Shown: one piece after another, positions 34,701-36,167 of the stretch | Position numbering within the stretch: position 1 is the first letter of the stretch | Layout of the letters: each line of letters opens with the position of its first letter | Source of the DNA: a virus | Taxonomy: Duplodnaviria > Caudoviricetes | IMG/VR virus record: IMGVR_UViG_3300030410_000026 | Span: 1-36,167 of that record | DNA: 36,167 bases | Reading direction: 5' to 3' (one strand) | Notes under the pieces: model-generated | Seen by the model: the letters and a program-made list of their open reading frames with translations, nothing else | What the model was told of the DNA's origin: nothing | Database searches by the model: none | Program-made: the position numbers and the translations under genes

Positions 34701-36167
34701 ATTTCGCATCCGTTTCATCATGTCTTATTTTTGATATGTCGAATGTATTAAAGTCCTCAAGTGATCCATGGAACACTACTAAGGGCTTTCCGTTTTTACC
34801 CACAATTTTACTACCATTAAACCATCTTTTAAACTGTGGTGTGTCTGTTTGTGAAGTAGAATTATACTTTGTAACTGCTTCATTGACTGTATCTGGATAA
34901 AACTTGCTAACAATACTTTTACCCGAGTGTTCAGCAGCGTTAGTTATCTTTCTCTGCCATGCGTTATTATTTGAAGGTGAATAATGCCATCCTTCTGCTT
35001 TTAAAGCTTTTGTTGTTTCAGGCGAAGGCTTTACATCAAAGAATATCTGCGTTCTATCTACACCATAGTTATTAATGATTTTAGCACCATCATAACTAGC
35101 AATATCTTTACTACTTTTAGGCGTTTCTACTTGTTTAACATTATCCTGGGACAAATATTTGATTGCTCTTGTCATGCTTGTTGTTACTTTTTTATCCCAA
35201 TCCAAAAACTCAACCGTTCTATTATGTTCAGTTTCCATTCTTTTCTGATTTCTTGCTACTGGGAAATTAGCAGGTCCGGTTATCCCTGCTGACATAGTTC
35301 TTGCTTTCGCTGAAAGTATTGCATTATATCTTTTCAAATATCCTTCTTTATACATATCCATTTGTTTTAACAATTCTGTTTTCTGAATATCAGTTTTAGC
35401 AAGAGGTAGCAATTTATTATACATTTCAGTCATAGCTTTAACATAATTATCTTGCTCTGATTTAGCTCTTTTTTCAGGGTCAAAACTAATTGCACGGTAA
35501 GCTTCGTTCGCTAATTTATAACTTAAATCATCCTTAGATACAGTACTTAGCCAATCTTTAGAAGTAATTTTAACCTGTTCCTCTTTTCCTTTTAATATAG
35601 CTTTTTTCCTTACTTCTTGCTTTTTAGTTAGAGATAACCCATCAGCTTCCATTTTCCCATAATCTTTTAATATATTTTCTCGTTGTTCTTTTGACCTTTC
35701 TTTATATTTTGCAGCCCAATCTTTAGATGGTTCAGCTTTAGTAATAGCAACTTCTTTAGTCGCTTCTACTGGTTTAGCTTCTACTTTAGGTGGTTCTGTT
35801 TTAGCAACTTCTTTAGTCGCTTCTACTTTTTTTGTCCCTTCTGTTGTTTCTTTTGGATTGCTAATCTCTTTTGCTCCCCGAATGTCTTGGCGTCCCTTGC
35901 TAATGTCATTGCTATGTCTATTTTCTGCCCGTTGGTCATTATTATTACCCCCCAATAAATTTGTTTGGTTTGAATCGGCTACTGCTTTTATATAATTATT
36001 ACCTTCTGCATACTTAATTATTTCGTTTCCTGCCTCTGTGACTGCCATATTTAAAGACATTCCCTCTCTGCCTATCTTCTCTGCATATTTATCTAAAATA
36101 GCATTGATTGGATCTCCACTCTTATTCTTACCTTTATCAATAATTTCTACTGCCATTGATAGGATTA
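28762..36167 (-). CDS. giant polyvalent protein (>2464 aa, probably 5'-truncated)
   Basis: Frame open to the window edge; ART-PolyVal-like, SAM-MTase, JAB/MPN (HNHPSGDPTPSRED) and LPD38-like motifs. Confidence 0.85.
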   Translation of the reverse strand, partial: ILSMAVEIIDKGKNKSGDPINAILDKYAEKIGREGMSLNMAVTEAGNEIIKYAEGNNYIKAVADSNQTNLLGGNNNDQRAENRHSNDISKGRQDIRGAKEISNPKETTEGTKKVEATKEVAKTEPPKVEAKPVEATKEVAITKAEPSKDWAAKYKERSKEQRENILKDYGKMEADGLSLTKKQEVRKKAILKGKEEQVKITSKDWLSTVSKDDLSYKLANEAYRAISFDPEKRAKSEQDNYVKAMTEMYNKLLPLAKTDIQKTELLKQMDMYKEGYLKRYNAILSAKARTMSAGITGPANFPVARNQKRMETEHNRTVEFLDWDKKVTTSMTRAIKYLSQDNVKQVETPKSSKDIASYDGAKIINNYGVDRTQIFFDVKPSPETTKALKAEGWHYSPSNNNAWQRKITNAAEHSGKSIVSKFYPDTVNEAVTKYNSTSQTDTPQFKRWFNGSKIVGKNGKPLVVFHGSLEDFNTFDISKIRHDETDAKYNGFWFNSDESYASPAWEDPKYVKSYYLAIKNPAPIKVANEVAKTIYNNYENYNLSGGMSYADITRLELQKMGYDGVIHQDAPKIDWREFDKKGEYTYTSNRGTQYQIVKNKENGGLDYNYANGENITGYLDKTDFIKQHSERIYVAFNPNQIKSATGNNGEFNPSDPNILLENKTPFNGPQQKISSANTSINASKLPATFNRVKFEPNTVNADIGGGKFDNATEYLKAQGVANYIYDPYNRNEEFNQNSIRHIENGQVDTATINNVLNVINEIDAREQAIANAANVLKSNGKAYFLIYEGNGTNIGVETSKGWQNNSKTKKYIPEISQYFKNVTQKGNLIIAEGVKSDNLKVQEGIKPYGIFEEKKLKTLKGSIIKRSKYGVGKDIGGQIYVSKDYATNVIPKEVYQDALNSFKNSNQFYNFNSLVYDPKTKRVRFDESPDFNTAREPIPGKITWVSPNGAIAKTNTSKSIWHHKWIWVKDDYKGFDVGKSYDWSKHWLSKLPVTADGTSQERWQNQLKQYGITDNLKLKEGKPNVKEITIQANKDLKKTEENNNIQSARGKNNYVAQGIKGLAINAQLVHRGWVDLRDRIVHSPAEVATVAQVFRDPRYETFRIVYMKGDTIVGHEGITSRVPDVVKVFSKDADTAFKDMKNRMARLGADGYYLLHNHPSGDPTPSREDINISLKYKHSVNGYKGHVVINSNKFALIGYNGQVSTENLNLGKDLLLVPAIENDLLGQKITSGTKFAEIAKQLQLTKNTKVILFVDAKLKVRAIQEVPNGVFNDKNKATDYLRGRMREFGSISSLIVTDDMNTPTLKYLVSQNIVTDVISNDNESWRDKGTAFPVKLEDRNSFANQVIKAISVKEDTSKYNPDVQKSLDTLQSKYLTNISDNPYSTTQLEQLLSEYKTNRQRLILSDTKNNAAKLEKAAIKAAIPKEPEKAVPFDELPRTSQKFVSGYQKETPLNILHKTYKLFVNHLHYTAMASSLAKNMPANFNIKIMSMNAVNAISQAEKIIEENLANMGGENIGKSLQDIYRKLPKKRVTDFKGNAITYDKLLYDYMAHQHNIDRMNIKTQVTKDGKTTDVIIQKPVFDKDYTSAMSKQVVDFYNNKYPELAKQAKENRDFWDKFMQAWAVDGNMVSPETMATLKEMYPHYMPTYRSDNKPGVGSAKKSFINQGNIIKKAIGSSKDIIDPLESYVKMIKKIVVATRNNEVGVALYETLLKNPEAMKSKAEIVPTRQAVIDEINKTLSEDGIEGLADTLGDQFDRTMTHKNTDNIVTVMIKGEPIDIQFNDKEMLKEFRGLIDSETGLVEKIARSVTGPFKSVVTGKNPLFALSNASRDAPDSYINSVVMVSPLTHTEKLAEAFAKIISNAKDWQEYKSLGGEHSNFVASDAKKLEKYSKQIIHGKSKFAMASDALGTLNNVTESVPRFAEYLATIKKGGRTYASKMQGIYNAAEVSTNFARYGAITKAIDSFSPYLNPAVQGVDKVFRQLNPLHPGTALKTILKGLAAITATTLLLDLVNKDNPHYQSLDNRVKDTYLNFPNPWGPKDSDGYCIKFIRLPKQREFGVLFGSLAERLVRLNEGKLNPFKGFSNTVLTNFLFDPLTSGIWTPLANIAMGGNKDFAGRNIVPQSMVMSGGSKYLQFDEKSTETAKAIAEFLHKFGIDLSPKQFDYIVYSYTGVFAQFGQPLDTKAITQGKTIGEVLTSPFTSKFITDSLYNNQGLTDLYENYDAISKASSDKNKLENIPGKELTIEEIHKGMFTEAISAISGYNQQIKEAGNDQTKIRELRQKILNVANETNAAMNGDNYESSSYTKDQIGKILSGDPIKEKALRDEAAKLKGKDDLKAAQLISQAEAISSNGSDEATALRKKAEDIYKNVEDINDRKLQLKDLQTQAQGLSMPTTQFTTLISANLKDNISKESTLFRRKVTNITHSNLSLAEQRKLLEPLVEQSKYVPKKYAKPSTKAIPINPYNK

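Noticed and set aside
35745-35827. 26-bp exact repeat TAGCAACTTCTTTAGTCGCTTCTACT (35745, 35802)
   Set aside because: Encodes the VEATKEVA linker repeat in a low-complexity region; an ordinary intragenic duplication.
1-36167. tRNA, rRNA, IS elements, reverse transcriptase/DGR or retron
   Set aside because: No such motifs or ORFs recognised by eye; a tRNAscan/Rfam run would be needed to exclude small RNAs.

Overview
AT-rich segment of a temperate phage of a spore-forming Firmicute, most likely Clostridium-like. The host is inferred from composition, strong GGAGG/GGGGG RBSs, SpoIIID, a sigE/sigK-like sigma factor, an Amidase_3 endolysin and a Gram-positive LexA box. Almost all genes are on the minus strand. 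From right to left: (1) a >2464-aa polyvalent protein (ADP-ribosyltransferase-like, methyltransferase, JAB/MPN and LPD38-like domains), open at the window edge; (2) a lysis module; (3) where an integrase would normally sit, an RHH gene, a pilin-like membrane protein and a 788-aa VirB4/VirD4/FtsK-HerA-type ATPase, flanked by sporulation-sigma-like promoters; (4) a plasmid-like replicon with a partition-like protein and tandem repeats, a cop/xis-like HTH gene, a predicted antisense RNA, a small Rep-like gene and 21-bp iterons; (5) an array of about ten tiny genes separated by a recurring site with dif-like 11-6-11 geometry; (6) an immunity region with two paralogous XRE repressors, Cro and a LexA-controlled 38-aa ORF; (7) recombination and replication genes (SMC-like ATPase, YqaJ, RecT, initiator, DnaB, SSB, RuvC-like) with a phage sigma factor and SpoIIID. 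The best candidates for a new system are the site-delimited single-gene cassette array and the sporulation-controlled pilin/ATPase module on an apparent phage-plasmid. All family calls come from reading motifs by eye; no database searches were run.
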